From Syntrophothermus sp. DTU052 (GTDB lineage Bacteria > Bacillota > Syntrophomonadia > Syntrophomonadales > DTU052), in assembly GCA_001512495.1 (NCBI GenBank), contig LFRU01000036.1, positions 1 through 60,800 of the forward strand: a DNA stretch of 60,800 bases, read 5' to 3'. Numbering within the stretch: the first letter of the stretch is position 1; each line of letters begins with the position of its first letter. The notes beneath the pieces are model-generated. The model saw only the letters and a program-made list of their open reading frames with translations. It had not been told where the DNA came from and made no database searches. Position numbers and translations under genes: made by a program. Positions 13,288 to 23,697 of the stretch are shown here, piece by piece.

Positions 13288-15606
13288 TTAGAAGATGGAT
13301 GTGCCCTCCAGGAATAGCTGCTCCATAACCCGATAGAACTCTTCAAAGACAACCCTAATTTTCTGGTATTCAACCTCCATGGCCTTTATGGCTTCTGCGG
13401 CTTCCTCCAAGCGGCCGGCCTCATACAGGTCAATGCTCCGGTGACCAGCCTCATGAAGCCTGCGATGTGGTTCCTCGAATCTGCTGTATACCTCCAGTAA
13501 TTCCGGATTGTTGGGGCGGTAGTTGTAGTAGAACTGGCCGAATCTGCATCTGGTCGGATCGAACTCTGCCGGCTCAAATCGGCGCACCTTGGCCACCCAG
13601 GACTCATGTTCGGAGCGACGTTGGTCCAGATTTTCTCTCAACTCGTAATAGCTCCAGCGTTGAGAAACCTCCCTGGTATGGATAAGTGTTTCTTCGGTAT
13701 GCTGTATAAACTCTTTCAACTGCCGAATCGTGACTTGCAAGCCCTGCAGCGCGTCTAAGGCCAGCAGTCCGAAATGTTCAATTTCGCTCATTGATGCTGA
13801 TATTTCCTGGCTGGCTGCAGTTTGTTCCTGGGAAGCAGCCGCAATGTTTTCAATCTGGGTGTTGATTTCTCCAACCTTGTAGGTCATATCATGAATATCT
13901 GTCAAGATTTCATTGACCAGTCTGGCACTGGAAGTGGTCGCCTGATCAATATTATGGATGGCAGCCACTACCTGGTTGGTACTGGTGCTGATATGGTCAA
14001 TGAGGGTTCCAATAGAGTGGGTGGATTCCTTGGTATTTTCCGCCAACTTTCTAATCTCTTCCGCCACAACGGCAAATCCACGCCCCTGGTCGCCGGCCCG
14101 GGCGGCCTCAATAGCTGCATTTAGGGCTAAAAGGTTGGTTTCTTCCGCTACCGCCATTATTACCTCCAATATGGTGCCGATTTCGTTGGAAAGGCTTTGC
14201 ATTGCGGCTACGCTTTCTACTGCCGCCTGGCTGGCCTGAATCATTTGGCTTATATCGATACTCACCCGGTTGGCCTTGTCACTGGTGTCTATAGCTTTCT
14301 GATTGGTTTGATTGCTGCTCTTTGCCGCAGAGCTGGCTGAGATGGCAATATCTTCGGAGCCTTTGGCGATCTCATTCAGGGCGGCTGAAGCCTGACGGGT
14401 GCTTTCAACAACATGGTTAAACTTCTCGGAGAAGTTGTCGGTAGTGGTTACTACTGAAGATACAGCTTCTTTCGCGGTCTCAACTTCGGCACTGAGTTGG
14501 GCCATAGAATTGGCTGATTCCAGACTTCTTTCCTGCATGGCGTGCATATTCCGGTTCAGCATATCTGCAAGTTCCTGCAGGGAATTGATCACTCTGCCGA
14601 TCTCGTCACCCGAAGAAGCAACGGCAGGAATGGAAGAAAACCCCCGCAGTTTCATCTGGTCCAGTCTATCCACCACCGTCTTGAGGGGGCGCAGACTCCG
14701 GGTTAACACCAGGAAAATAAACAGCAAACACAGTAACCAGGGTATCATTGACAGGAGCACTGCCCGGGACAACGCTTGGCTGGAAATGGCTGCCGTACCG
14801 CCGGTTGATACCGCCTTTATGAACCCCTGAGCATCACCATATATGTCGGCTAGAGGGTATATAATAACCCCTCCCTGGTCCGTATCGACGTTATATGGAT
14901 CAAGGGAGTTCACGGCCTGTTCGATTGCGGCCGGCTGAACTGGAAACTCATCTTCAGCCAAGGTTCCCGCCAGTAGTGTGCTCTTGCCCGCTTTAAGCTC
15001 GTACAGAAAGATTTCAGCCGCTGTAATTCGCTGCAGGTCCTTTATAAATTTCTCTCCAAAATCAGACCTGTATTCAACAGCACCGATAAACCGGTCCTGG
15101 TCGAATAATGGGATTACGGCCCGGAAACCAAAGCCGGATTGGCCTTTCTCCAACCCGACAAGCGATTGTCCCGTATCCCGGGATTTATTTAAAGCGGGAT
15201 GAGAAGACATGTCATCGCCAAACTGCTCGGGGTTGTGCAGCAGCAATAATGAATGCAGATTTTCGTCCACAAAAACAAGCTGAGATACGCCGCCAACATC
15301 GCTTATGCTTTCATACAGGGGAAGACATAAGTCCAATAACCGGTCGCGATCGCCCGCGGCAAGGGCCTCCAAAACCTCAGGGTTTTTGGCCACACTCTCC
15401 GCTCCAATTCGGGCTATGTTAAACTGCTTGTCAAAGGCGAGTTCTATTGTATGGATTAAATTGGTACGCTTTTCGTGTTCAATAGATGCCAATAGGTCAT
15501 GCTGAACATCGCCAAACCACAGGAGAACAGCGATCAGTAAGAGCTGCATGCAGAAAAGAGCGACACCAGCAGATAAGAAAATCCTGCTGCGTAAAGTCTT
15601 AAACAT
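13288..15606 (-). CDS. Methyl-accepting chemotaxis protein (Cache-type sensor, HAMP, MCP signal, C-terminal CZB)
   Basis: Two TM helices; [31 protein letters not shown]; HESWV..CRFGQFY..HRRLH CZB-like motif; ATG at 15606 after AAGGAG. Confidence 0.9.
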   Translation of the reverse strand: MFKTLRSRIFLSAGVALFCMQLLLIAVLLWFGDVQHDLLASIEHEKRTNLIHTIELAFDKQFNIARIGAESVAKNPEVLEALAAGDRDRLLDLCLPLYESISDVGGVSQLVFVDENLHSLLLLHNPEQFGDDMSSHPALNKSRDTGQSLVGLEKGQSGFGFRAVIPLFDQDRFIGAVEYRSDFGEKFIKDLQRITAAEIFLYELKAGKSTLLAGTLAEDEFPVQPAAIEQAVNSLDPYNVDTDQGGVIIYPLADIYGDAQGFIKAVSTGGTAAISSQALSRAVLLSMIPWLLCLLFIFLVLTRSLRPLKTVVDRLDQMKLRGFSSIPAVASSGDEIGRVINSLQELADMLNRNMHAMQERSLESANSMAQLSAEVETAKEAVSSVVTTTDNFSEKFNHVVESTRQASAALNEIAKGSEDIAISASSAAKSSNQTNQKAIDTSDKANRVSIDISQMIQASQAAVESVAAMQSLSNEIGTILEVIMAVAEETNLLALNAAIEAARAGDQGRGFAVVAEEIRKLAENTKESTHSIGTLIDHISTSTNQVVAAIHNIDQATTSSARLVNEILTDIHDMTYKVGEINTQIENIAAASQEQTAASQEISASMSEIEHFGLLALDALQGLQVTIRQLKEFIQHTEETLIHTREVSQRWSYYELRENLDQRRSEHESWVAKVRRFEPAEFDPTRCRFGQFYYNYRPNNPELLEVYSRFEEPHRRLHEAGHRSIDLYEAGRLEEAAEAIKAMEVEYQKIRVVFEEFYRVMEQLFLEGTSIF

Positions 15607-15998
15607 GAGGTGAGCTCCTTCCTCTGTTAAGGTGTTATTACTCATTATGCAACAATTGCCAGGCAAAACGCCACCCATAATAATATGATTTCGCGAAAGG
15701 GGCGCAACAATTATTATGGGAACAATGGTGAAGACGCCCGGACAGTAAGCATGGATCAGAAGATGAATGTCAATAAATGTCGAAAAGCGCCAAAATGCAG
15801 AGAAAGAACAGGCTTATCTTTGGGAGACTGAATGCTGATGATGGCGGGGAAAGCACGTGGGGCTAAACAGAGAGTGAACCGGAAACATTGTAATGGAAAA
15901 ATGATTCACGGTGAAGAAATATGGTTTAGTTTTGGAAGGAGAAGTAATCGGTACCAGAGAAATAAGAATTTAGAGAACAAATAAAGAGGTGCACGAGG

Positions 15999-16760
15999 GT
16001 GGGTAAAGTGATTGCGGTTGCCAATCAAAAAGGGGGCGTTGGCAAAACAACTACCGCGATAAATCTCGGTTGCTGTCTGGCAATGTTGGGAAAAAGCGTT
16101 CTGCTGATCGATATTGATCCCCAGGGCAACTGCAGCAGCGGATTGGGGGTAGACCGGTCCCGGTTGAAAACATGCATCTATGATATACTGATACGAGGCA
16201 TTGATCCACAGGATGTAATAGTTCGCACCGACATTCGCCGCCTGGATTTAATACCCGCTACCATTCAGTTGGCCGGTGCCGAAGTGGAGCTGGCAACTGT
16301 GGAAAGGCGGGAAACACGCCTCAAAGAACAAATTGACCCCCTGCGCAATACTTACGACTATATAATCATTGACTGCCCCCCGTCTCTGGGACTGGCAACC
16401 GTCAACGCCCTGTGTGCCGCCGATTCCGTTTTGATACCCATACAGTGTGAATATTATGCACTGGAGGGGTTAAGTCAACTGATGCACAGCATATTCTTGA
16501 TCAGAAGAAGACTAAACCCGGAATTGAAGATCGAAGGCATTCTTTTAACCATGTTTGATGGGCGCACCAACTTATCAATTCAAGTGGTTGATGAAGTTAA
16601 ACGTCATTTCAAAAAGGAGCTGTATAGGACAATAATACCGCGGAATGTTCGATTAAGCGAGGCTCCCAGTTTTGGCAAGCCCATCGTGATGTACGATCCA
16701 AGGTCGAAGGGAGCGGAGGTTTACCAAGAATTGGCCAGGGAAGTGTTAGAACGTGAGTAA
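15999..16760 (+). CDS. soj: Soj/ParA ATPase
   Basis: NQKGGVGKTTT, DPQGN, DCPPSLG. Confidence 0.97.
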   Translation: MGKVIAVANQKGGVGKTTTAINLGCCLAMLGKSVLLIDIDPQGNCSSGLGVDRSRLKTCIYDILIRGIDPQDVIVRTDIRRLDLIPATIQLAGAEVELATVERRETRLKEQIDPLRNTYDYIIIDCPPSLGLATVNALCAADSVLIPIQCEYYALEGLSQLMHSIFLIRRRLNPELKIEGILLTMFDGRTNLSIQVVDEVKRHFKKELYRTIIPRNVRLSEAPSFGKPIVMYDPRSKGAEVYQELAREVLERE

Positions 16761-17589
16761 ACGTGTTTTGGGGAAAGGTTTGGATGCCCTGTTTTCGAGT
16801 GGTGAGAGCCTGCAGGAAACGGGAAATGAGATCAGCGTCGAGAAAATCGTTGTAAGGGGAAATCAACCGCGCAAGGTGTTTAATGACGAAACCATTAGGG
16901 AAATGGCGGATTCCATAAGCGAGCATGGCATCCTCCAGCCCCTGCTGGTGCGGCCGATTGAAAACGGGAAATATGAATTGGTAGCCGGGGAACGGCGGTT
17001 GCGGGCTGCGGTCCTGGCGGGATTGAAAAAGGTGCCTGTTATCATAAGGGAGATGGAGGAACCGCAAACGTGGGAGGCCGCATTGATTGAAAACCTGCAG
17101 CGGGAAAACCTGAACCCGGTTGAAGAGGCCGCCGCATATCGGGAAATGCTGGAACGATACGGCTACACCCAGGAGGAATTGGCACGGAGAATCGGTAAGA
17201 GCCGTGCTTATGTCGCCAATACTGTTCGATTGTTAAACCTCCCCGGGGAAATAAGGGAACTGGTGAAGACGGGGGAGCTCACAGCCGGTCACGCCCGAGC
17301 AATTCTGGCCCTTAAGGATGAGGAACAGCAGTTGGCGCTCGCCCAAAAGATTATACAGCAGGGGATGACAGTACGGGATACTGAAGAAGCCGGCACCAAG
17401 GAGCGAACAACCAGGAAAAGCGCAGGAAAAACAAAAGATCCGCACCTAGTGATGGTTGAACAGAGGTTTGAAGAATTGCTGAACACCCGGGTCAAGGTGA
17501 TAAGACAGAAAACAGGAGGAAAAATCGAGGTTCGCTTTAACGATGATGAGGAGCTTAACCGGATAATGGAAGTTATGGGGTTACTGTGA
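16753..17589 (+). CDS. spo0J: Spo0J/ParB partition protein
   Basis: LGKGLDAL N-terminus, AGERRLRA, ENLQRENL, HARA. Confidence 0.96.
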   Translation: MSKRVLGKGLDALFSSGESLQETGNEISVEKIVVRGNQPRKVFNDETIREMADSISEHGILQPLLVRPIENGKYELVAGERRLRAAVLAGLKKVPVIIREMEEPQTWEAALIENLQRENLNPVEEAAAYREMLERYGYTQEELARRIGKSRAYVANTVRLLNLPGEIRELVKTGELTAGHARAILALKDEEQQLALAQKIIQQGMTVRDTEEAGTKERTTRKSAGKTKDPHLVMVEQRFEELLNTRVKVIRQKTGGKIEVRFNDDEELNRIMEVMGLL

Positions 17590-17593
17590 ATAA

Positions 17594-17609
17594 TGTTTCA
17601 CATGAAACA
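17594..17609. promoter_or_regulatory. parS: parS site (1 mismatch)
   Basis: tgtttcacatgaaaca. Confidence 0.85.
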
Positions 17610-18377
17610 CTATGAATCAGGGGGCTGAGGATTGAAATTCGCAAGCCCCAGGTTTTTGGAGAGCAGTAAAATCGAAATATAGCGGGAAACAGCCTTCCAG
17701 CAGCCTGAGAGTGCATCCATCCTGAAGCAATTTCATACTGATAACAACGAAAATCAAAATTGAAAAGGGGTCTACCCCGCGGATCATGGGGAGGTCGGAT
17801 GCCGGCCGGGGGAATCGCCACCGTTTCTTATGCAGTCTCTTAAGAAGAAATGGCCTTAAGGTTACCTGCTCTTTGATAAGTCCCAATGAGAACCGACCGA
17901 CATCCAGTCTAGTTTTAGGGCGTACTCGCCCTCTTTTGATTTTCAGCATATGACGCATCAGGTGTATGCGGTCAACATCAGCCGGCGGCCTACAACAAAG
18001 TGCTGCGGCTTCACCTCCCTCATTGGACTCACTATATCGAGGGCTGAGTGAGTCTATACTTTTTACTGTAATAACCGCATCCGCCCTGACCGCCTGGATG
18101 GCGGCACAGTATGTACTATACAGGCCGGAATACTTCCGGCAATGGACCCATAAACGGCGGCCGAAAGTTGAGCTAATAAATGATATGCGCATCTGCGTTT
18201 ACTGCGATTTGACGGTTGCATTCCTGGGAGAAGCAGCAGCGCATAACACGGGGGCGGATGTCGGTAAAAGGGTGCCGGGAAATATCCATTGGAGTCATCT
18301 TCGTAGTGCTATTTTTCAAATTCTGCCCCGTATCCACGGCATATTTACCCAGACTGCCGGGGATTGGAAGGCTGAAT

Positions 18378-18393
18378 TGTTTCACGTGAAACA
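18378..18393. promoter_or_regulatory. parS: parS site (perfect palindrome)
   Basis: tgtttcacgtgaaaca. Confidence 0.93.
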
Positions 18394-18503
18394 TGGGGAA
18401 ATATAATGGCAAAACCATTGATTTGTGGCTGCTCCGTCCGGACCTCGAAATTTACAGCTCATGTTGAGCAGATTCGATATTATTATCTGGGATTAGGAGG
18501 TAT

Positions 18504-19676
18504 ATGCCACAGCATGGGAGGATCAGGACTTTGGTGATTTACTTTGATAATGCTGCCACCAGCTACCCTAAACCGTTTCAGGTACCGCAGGCCATGGACA
18601 ATTTCTTGCGGAGCCGTTCAGCTAATCCCGGCCGCGGAGGGCACCGTATGGCTTTGGAAGCAGGGAGAGTAGTTCTTGGGGTCCGGGAACAGGTAAGCGG
18701 GCTTATATATGCGGGAGAACCGGAAGAAATTATTTTCACGTCCAGTGCCACCGAGGCGCTGAACCTGGCCTTGATCGGCGGGTTGCGTACCGGGGATCAC
18801 CTGGTAATCAGCAGCATGGAACACAATGCGGTGGCCAGGACAGCCTATCATCTCAAGGGTATCGGGGTGGAAGTAGGGGTGGTTGAGGCGGACAGATGGG
18901 GAATGATTACCCCGGAGGATGTTGCCCGCGCGATAAAAAGGAATACCCGGATGGTAGCTGCAGTGCATGCTTCAAATGTAACCGGTGGCATCATGCCCAT
19001 AGAAGAAATAGGTTCACTGTGCAGAAAAGCAGGTATCCGGTTTCTCGTTGACGCTTCACAGACTGCGGGCGTGATACCGGTTAACGTCCAGCAAGCGCAG
19101 GCGGACCTGCTAGCTTTTCCCGGTCATAAAGGGCTGTATGGCCCCCCGGGAATAGGGGTCCTGTATGTTGGCTCGGGAATTGAGCTGGAACCCCGCAAAT
19201 TCGGGGGCACCGGCAGCCAGTCAGAAGACCTGGAGATGCCGCATCTCATTCCCGATCGGTACGAAGCGGGAACCCTGAATACGGTAGGTATCGCCGGGTT
19301 GGGAGCGGGGATTGATTTCGTCCAGCAAACCGGTATGGAGAAAATAGCTGCTCATGAAAGAGAACTTACCAGGCACCTGATGGTAGAAATAAAAGATATA
19401 AGCCGCATCAAGATTTATGGCCCACCGAACCCGGAAGACAGGGTTGGTGTAGTCGGCTTCAATATAGAGGGAGTTGATTCTACTGAAGTTGCTTTCATAC
19501 TTGATCAGGTTTATGGGATAGCGGTAAGAGCTGGCCTCCATTGTGCTCCGTTGGCTCACAAAACCCTGGGCACCCTGGAAAAGGGCCTTGTTCGGGTCAG
19601 TTTCTCGATTTTCAATACGCATAAAGAAGTTGACCAATTAATCTCGGCTCTGCATGAGATAGTGCGTGAATACTAG
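18504..19676 (+). CDS. Cysteine desulfurase family (class V PLP) enzyme, possible selenocysteine lyase
   Basis: YFDNAATS, MEHNAV, DASQTAG, PGHKGL, RAGLHCAP. Confidence 0.9.
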   Translation: MPQHGRIRTLVIYFDNAATSYPKPFQVPQAMDNFLRSRSANPGRGGHRMALEAGRVVLGVREQVSGLIYAGEPEEIIFTSSATEALNLALIGGLRTGDHLVISSMEHNAVARTAYHLKGIGVEVGVVEADRWGMITPEDVARAIKRNTRMVAAVHASNVTGGIMPIEEIGSLCRKAGIRFLVDASQTAGVIPVNVQQAQADLLAFPGHKGLYGPPGIGVLYVGSGIELEPRKFGGTGSQSEDLEMPHLIPDRYEAGTLNTVGIAGLGAGIDFVQQTGMEKIAAHERELTRHLMVEIKDISRIKIYGPPNPEDRVGVVGFNIEGVDSTEVAFILDQVYGIAVRAGLHCAPLAHKTLGTLEKGLVRVSFSIFNTHKEVDQLISALHEIVREY

Positions 19677-19798
19677 AACCCTGATGCCAAAGTGCCGGAG
19701 TCACCCGACAGAACCGTCGGGTTCGGAAAGCTCATTTGTCAAACTGAGGCCTTGGTTGGCAAATACCGTGCCGTCCTGGTTTATGTGAGCTCAGTCTA

Positions 19799-20968
19799 TC
19801 ACCGGCAATATGATCCCATAATCTGGTTGACTACCTGCTGCAGGGGTATGCCGGCCCGACGTGCCAGTGCCCGGCATGATTCATATTCGGGTGCAACCCG
19901 CACCGAGCCATCTCCGGTCTTCCAAACCTTAATCACCGCCTTGCCCCAGGGGGTTACAACCTCCTCTGTATGCCGGGGCTGAACCAGCCTGCTCTCCAGA
20001 CGGTAGCGAACACCCAGAGTGCTGGTTTCTGTCAGCAGCAAATCGGCAAAGGAGTGAATGTTGTCCGGGCGCACCAGGCAGGTGACCTGAAACCCCGGCC
20101 GGTTTTTCTTCATAATAATGTTCTGTACCGATAGGTCGAGAGCCCCATCCATTTCATAAAACCTTTCAAAAAGATAAGAGAAGTATTCGGGACTCATATC
20201 GTCAATACTGGTTTCGATAACAGCGATCACTTCTTCCTTTAGCTGCGATTGTGCAGCAGTTCCCAGGACCGCCCGTAAAAGGTTCGGGACGTCGGAGCGC
20301 GTGCTCTTCCCCGCCCCGTAGCCCACCTCACCTATGGTCATGGAAGGGAAAGTTCCAAAACCCTGACATAAGGTGCCGACTATGGCGGCACCGGTTGGAG
20401 TAACAAGCTCGATATCCGCATCGACTCCATAGCAGGGTATTCCTTTCACAAGTTCCAGGGTGGCCGGCGCCGGGAGCGGATACTGACCGTGTGCCATCTT
20501 TACCAGACCTCGCGGCATGGGGAGGGGTGAACAGTACATTATGTTAATGTTGAGCTGTCGCAATGCCAGAAGAAAACCGATAACATCAACCAGGGTGTCT
20601 ATGGCCCCCAGTTCGTGAAAATGTACCGCTTCGATCGGAATCCCGTGAACACGGGCTTCAGACGCGGCCAACCGGGTGAAAACCTCATGGGCGGCAGCTT
20701 TCTCGTCATCAGACAGGTGACTGCTTTCCAGAATATTCTTCACCTCATCGAGTCCGGCAAATACCGCAGACGAGGTGTTTTCGACCGTGACATCTGAAGA
20801 TGCTATACCCTGGACCACTACCCGTTTAACTTTTAGTCCCACCGGTTGTGGAAGAATCTGATTTAGCTCCTTTTCTACCAGGGACAGATCAGCACCCAGG
20901 GCCGCCAATGCGCCCAACAGCATATCCCCACTGACTCCGGAAAAACAGTCGAAATATAGTATATTCAA
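19799..20968 (-). CDS. larC: LarC-family nickel pincer cofactor nickel insertase
   Basis: YFDCFSGVSGDM, VHFHELGAIDT, ELVTPTGA, MKKNRPG, PEYE. Confidence 0.92.
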   Translation of the reverse strand: MNILYFDCFSGVSGDMLLGALAALGADLSLVEKELNQILPQPVGLKVKRVVVQGIASSDVTVENTSSAVFAGLDEVKNILESSHLSDDEKAAAHEVFTRLAASEARVHGIPIEAVHFHELGAIDTLVDVIGFLLALRQLNINIMYCSPLPMPRGLVKMAHGQYPLPAPATLELVKGIPCYGVDADIELVTPTGAAIVGTLCQGFGTFPSMTIGEVGYGAGKSTRSDVPNLLRAVLGTAAQSQLKEEVIAVIETSIDDMSPEYFSYLFERFYEMDGALDLSVQNIIMKKNRPGFQVTCLVRPDNIHSFADLLLTETSTLGVRYRLESRLVQPRHTEEVVTPWGKAVIKVWKTGDGSVRVAPEYESCRALARRAGIPLQQVVNQIMGSYCR

Positions 20969-21063
20969 TCTTTTACCCTCCTTTTTTGTCTAGTTTTATT
21001 AAACTGTTGAGCCAATCCTGATAACATTGTTATTATTAAAGATAAGCGTTAGGAGGCAGTACC

Positions 21064-21573
21064 TTGAAGGAATTGATTCCGCTCATAAATGATTACACTA
21101 TATTGTTGCACCTGGCCTTGATCATCGTTATTCTTGCTCTCTGCGTGATTATCAGGCACAGGGACAAAACCAACAAGGAACTGCTCAAGTTTTATTCCAC
21201 CCTTATGGAATCGTATGATAAGGGGAATCTGGAATCAATAATACAGCAATTGATCAGCAAACAGGAAAAAAACTCAAACCGGTTGCAAGCCATTGAAGAT
21301 AGAGTGGCAATCATAGAGGCACAGCTCCCGGAACATATTGACCGGGTTGCAATGCTTCGATACAATGCCTTTCCTGATATTGGCGGGAATCTTTCTTTTT
21401 CGGTGGCCTTGCTTAACCAGAAGGGTTCAGGGTTGGTTATATCAGGAATCCGCAGTCGCTCGGAGACCCTAATTTATGCAAAGGAAGTGCAGTCCTTTAC
21501 CTCCAGCCATCTGTTAAGCAAGGAAGAACAACAGGCTATTATTATGGCCAGGAACAGGGGGACCTCCCCGTGA
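21064..21573 (+). CDS. DUF4446 family membrane-anchored protein
   Basis: N-terminal TM; RYNAFPDIGGNLSFSVALL...YAK...LSKEE. Confidence 0.8.
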   Translation: MKELIPLINDYTILLHLALIIVILALCVIIRHRDKTNKELLKFYSTLMESYDKGNLESIIQQLISKQEKNSNRLQAIEDRVAIIEAQLPEHIDRVAMLRYNAFPDIGGNLSFSVALLNQKGSGLVISGIRSRSETLIYAKEVQSFTSSHLLSKEEQQAIIMARNRGTSP

Positions 21574-22478
21574 GAAGCGGTAAGAAAAAGCGCAAGAATG
21601 AGAAAGTGACCATTCTTTTGATCCCCAATTCGGGAGACCGGGCGAAAAGGTTATCACTTTCCTATAGACAGATCAAAGGGGCGATTATGGCTATTGCTTT
21701 CATATCGTTCTTGTTGGTACTGGCGGGCGTAAACATCTTTCAGGGACGCCAGGCGGTCAGTGAGGCTGAACGCATAAAATCCCAGCATGAGCAGCAGAAA
21801 CAACAGGTTACGGAGTTAAATAATAAGCTGCTGGAGATGGAGAAACAGCGGGAACGTATTGAAGAAAGACAGGAGCAGGTACGCAAACTTGTGGGGACAT
21901 CGTCTTCGTTGACCCCGGCAGCGACCCCCTCGCGAGGCGGCATGGGCGGAAACTCCAGAACCGGCAGAACTGCAGATCTGAATGAGATCTCAGCAGAAAT
22001 ATCCAACCTGCAGTTCCTCATGGATGAACAAGAGACGGAAATCCTTCATTTGCTCAACCTGGCTCAAAACAATATTGACCAACTTAAAGCAATTCCCAAT
22101 TACTGGCCGGTGGTGGGCAGAATAACGTCATCTTTTGGCTGGCGGCAATCCCCTTTCAGCCGCAGTAGCCGGGAGTTTCATGATGGATTGGATATTGCCG
22201 CCCCGTACGGTACCGAAATACGTGCGGCTGCTGATGGAGTAGTCATTCAATCTAAATGGCTTCGCGGGTGGGGACGAATAATCAAGATAAGCCACGGCAA
22301 CGGGTTGATTACCAGTTATGCTCACAATTCAACCAATTTAGTCAAGACCGGGGATCGAGTTACTAAAGGCAGCGTTATTGCAAAGGTGGGCAGCTCCGGT
22401 CGCAGTACCGGGCCCCACCTGCACTTCACCATCGAAAAGAACGGCAAACCGGTAGACCCATTGCTCTACTTGCCATAA
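21570..22478 (+). CDS. M23 family peptidase with TM and coiled coil
   Basis: HDGLD, YAH, GRSTGPHLHF. Confidence 0.92.
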   Translation: MRSGKKKRKNEKVTILLIPNSGDRAKRLSLSYRQIKGAIMAIAFISFLLVLAGVNIFQGRQAVSEAERIKSQHEQQKQQVTELNNKLLEMEKQRERIEERQEQVRKLVGTSSSLTPAATPSRGGMGGNSRTGRTADLNEISAEISNLQFLMDEQETEILHLLNLAQNNIDQLKAIPNYWPVVGRITSSFGWRQSPFSRSSREFHDGLDIAAPYGTEIRAAADGVVIQSKWLRGWGRIIKISHGNGLITSYAHNSTNLVKTGDRVTKGSVIAKVGSSGRSTGPHLHFTIEKNGKPVDPLLYLP

Positions 22479-22503
22479 ATAGATATGGGAGGTTTATTCT
22501 ATT

Positions 22504-22914
22504 ATGCTGAAAGGAAAGAACAGGAAAGCCCCATATGAAAATATCGATACGGTAATAAGCGAGAATGTATTATTTAAAGGAGATTTCAATTCTGAGGGTT
22601 CCGTGCGCGTTGACGGCGGAATAGAAGGTCAGGTGAAAATCAAGGGCGACCTTGTTCTCGGCGCTAAAGGCAGCATAAAAGGGGATATCCTGGTAGCCAA
22701 CATCCTGGTTTCGGGCATGGTGGAAGGTACAATTGTAGCTGCAGGCCGCATGGAGGTTACTCCCACCGGAAGAATCAAGGGTGGTGTGCAGTGCAAGACA
22801 CTGGTGGTGGAGGAAGGTGGTATAATTCAGGGAAATTGCAAGATGCTGCCTGACGAGGATGAAACGAAACCCACCGAGAATTTAACCGGACTGTATTCGG
22901 CTGCGGATTACTAA
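22504..22914 (+). CDS. Bactofilin (polymer-forming cytoskeletal protein)
   Basis: TVI..GDF..VRVDGGIEG beta-helix repeats, LVVEEGG..G.C.M. Confidence 0.9.
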   Translation: MLKGKNRKAPYENIDTVISENVLFKGDFNSEGSVRVDGGIEGQVKIKGDLVLGAKGSIKGDILVANILVSGMVEGTIVAAGRMEVTPTGRIKGGVQCKTLVVEEGGIIQGNCKMLPDEDETKPTENLTGLYSAADY

Positions 22915-23026
22915 CTACACTTACCGCGTATCATGAATACCGCATCCAGACGCAGCCCGATTTTATAAGACAGCCGCCAGCGACAGTTAAACCTGCTGTT
23001 TTCTGTCAGCGTGTTGGGGTGCCATC

Positions 23027-23584
23027 CTACCGATTAAAACCTGCCAGGCCCCGTGCAATCACTTCAGCCATTTTGAAAACCAGATTCAAACGGGTATTTT
23101 GGAGAACGAGGTGCTCCAAAAATCCGCCTACATTAACAATGCCTGAAATATGAAGGTCTCCCACGGCGGGCAGAGATTTTTGCAGGGCGGTACCCGGAAA
23201 AAGAACCCCCGGTTTGACATTTATGTATCCTACCCGGTCAGCTTTACCCAGGCAAGCATCCACCGCAATGATAAAAGGATTGTGGTATCTGGAGTTTATA
23301 CCCTCCATGACATCGACCAGGTTAACCGCATGAACGGGTTCATCCAGAGTGCCGAATACCTCAAAACCCCCATTTTTTAGTTGAGTAAGTCGTGTTCCTA
23401 CCAGTGGACCAAGCGAGTCTCCTGTCGACCTGTCTGTTCCAATACACAGGATTACAATGTCCCGGTCCCCAGGATTGAGAGAAGTCGTTAACTCGCTGAT
23501 TGATTGTTGTATTTTGCGAGAACAAAAGGGGTCTCCATAATACACCGATAAAGAACCGACCTTGATGGCTGCATCTGGCAACAA
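23027..23584 (-). CDS. yyaC: Spore protease YyaC
   Basis: CIGTDRSTGDSLGPLVG, AVDACLG, LQNTRL. Confidence 0.93.
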   Translation of the reverse strand: MLPDAAIKVGSLSVYYGDPFCSRKIQQSISELTTSLNPGDRDIVILCIGTDRSTGDSLGPLVGTRLTQLKNGGFEVFGTLDEPVHAVNLVDVMEGINSRYHNPFIIAVDACLGKADRVGYINVKPGVLFPGTALQKSLPAVGDLHISGIVNVGGFLEHLVLQNTRLNLVFKMAEVIARGLAGFNR

Positions 23585-23697
23585 TTCCAGTATTAACCCC
23601 CAATAGTCTTTAGATCCTAGTTTTCACCCCCAAAAATGTTTTTATACCCGCATCGGACGGACGACCCACCGATATAAATGATCTCAGGGGGTAAAAC

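Noticed and set aside
17617-18418. ORFs of 191, 146 and 81 aa between the parS sites
   Set aside because: No SD, no recognisable domains, mutually overlapping
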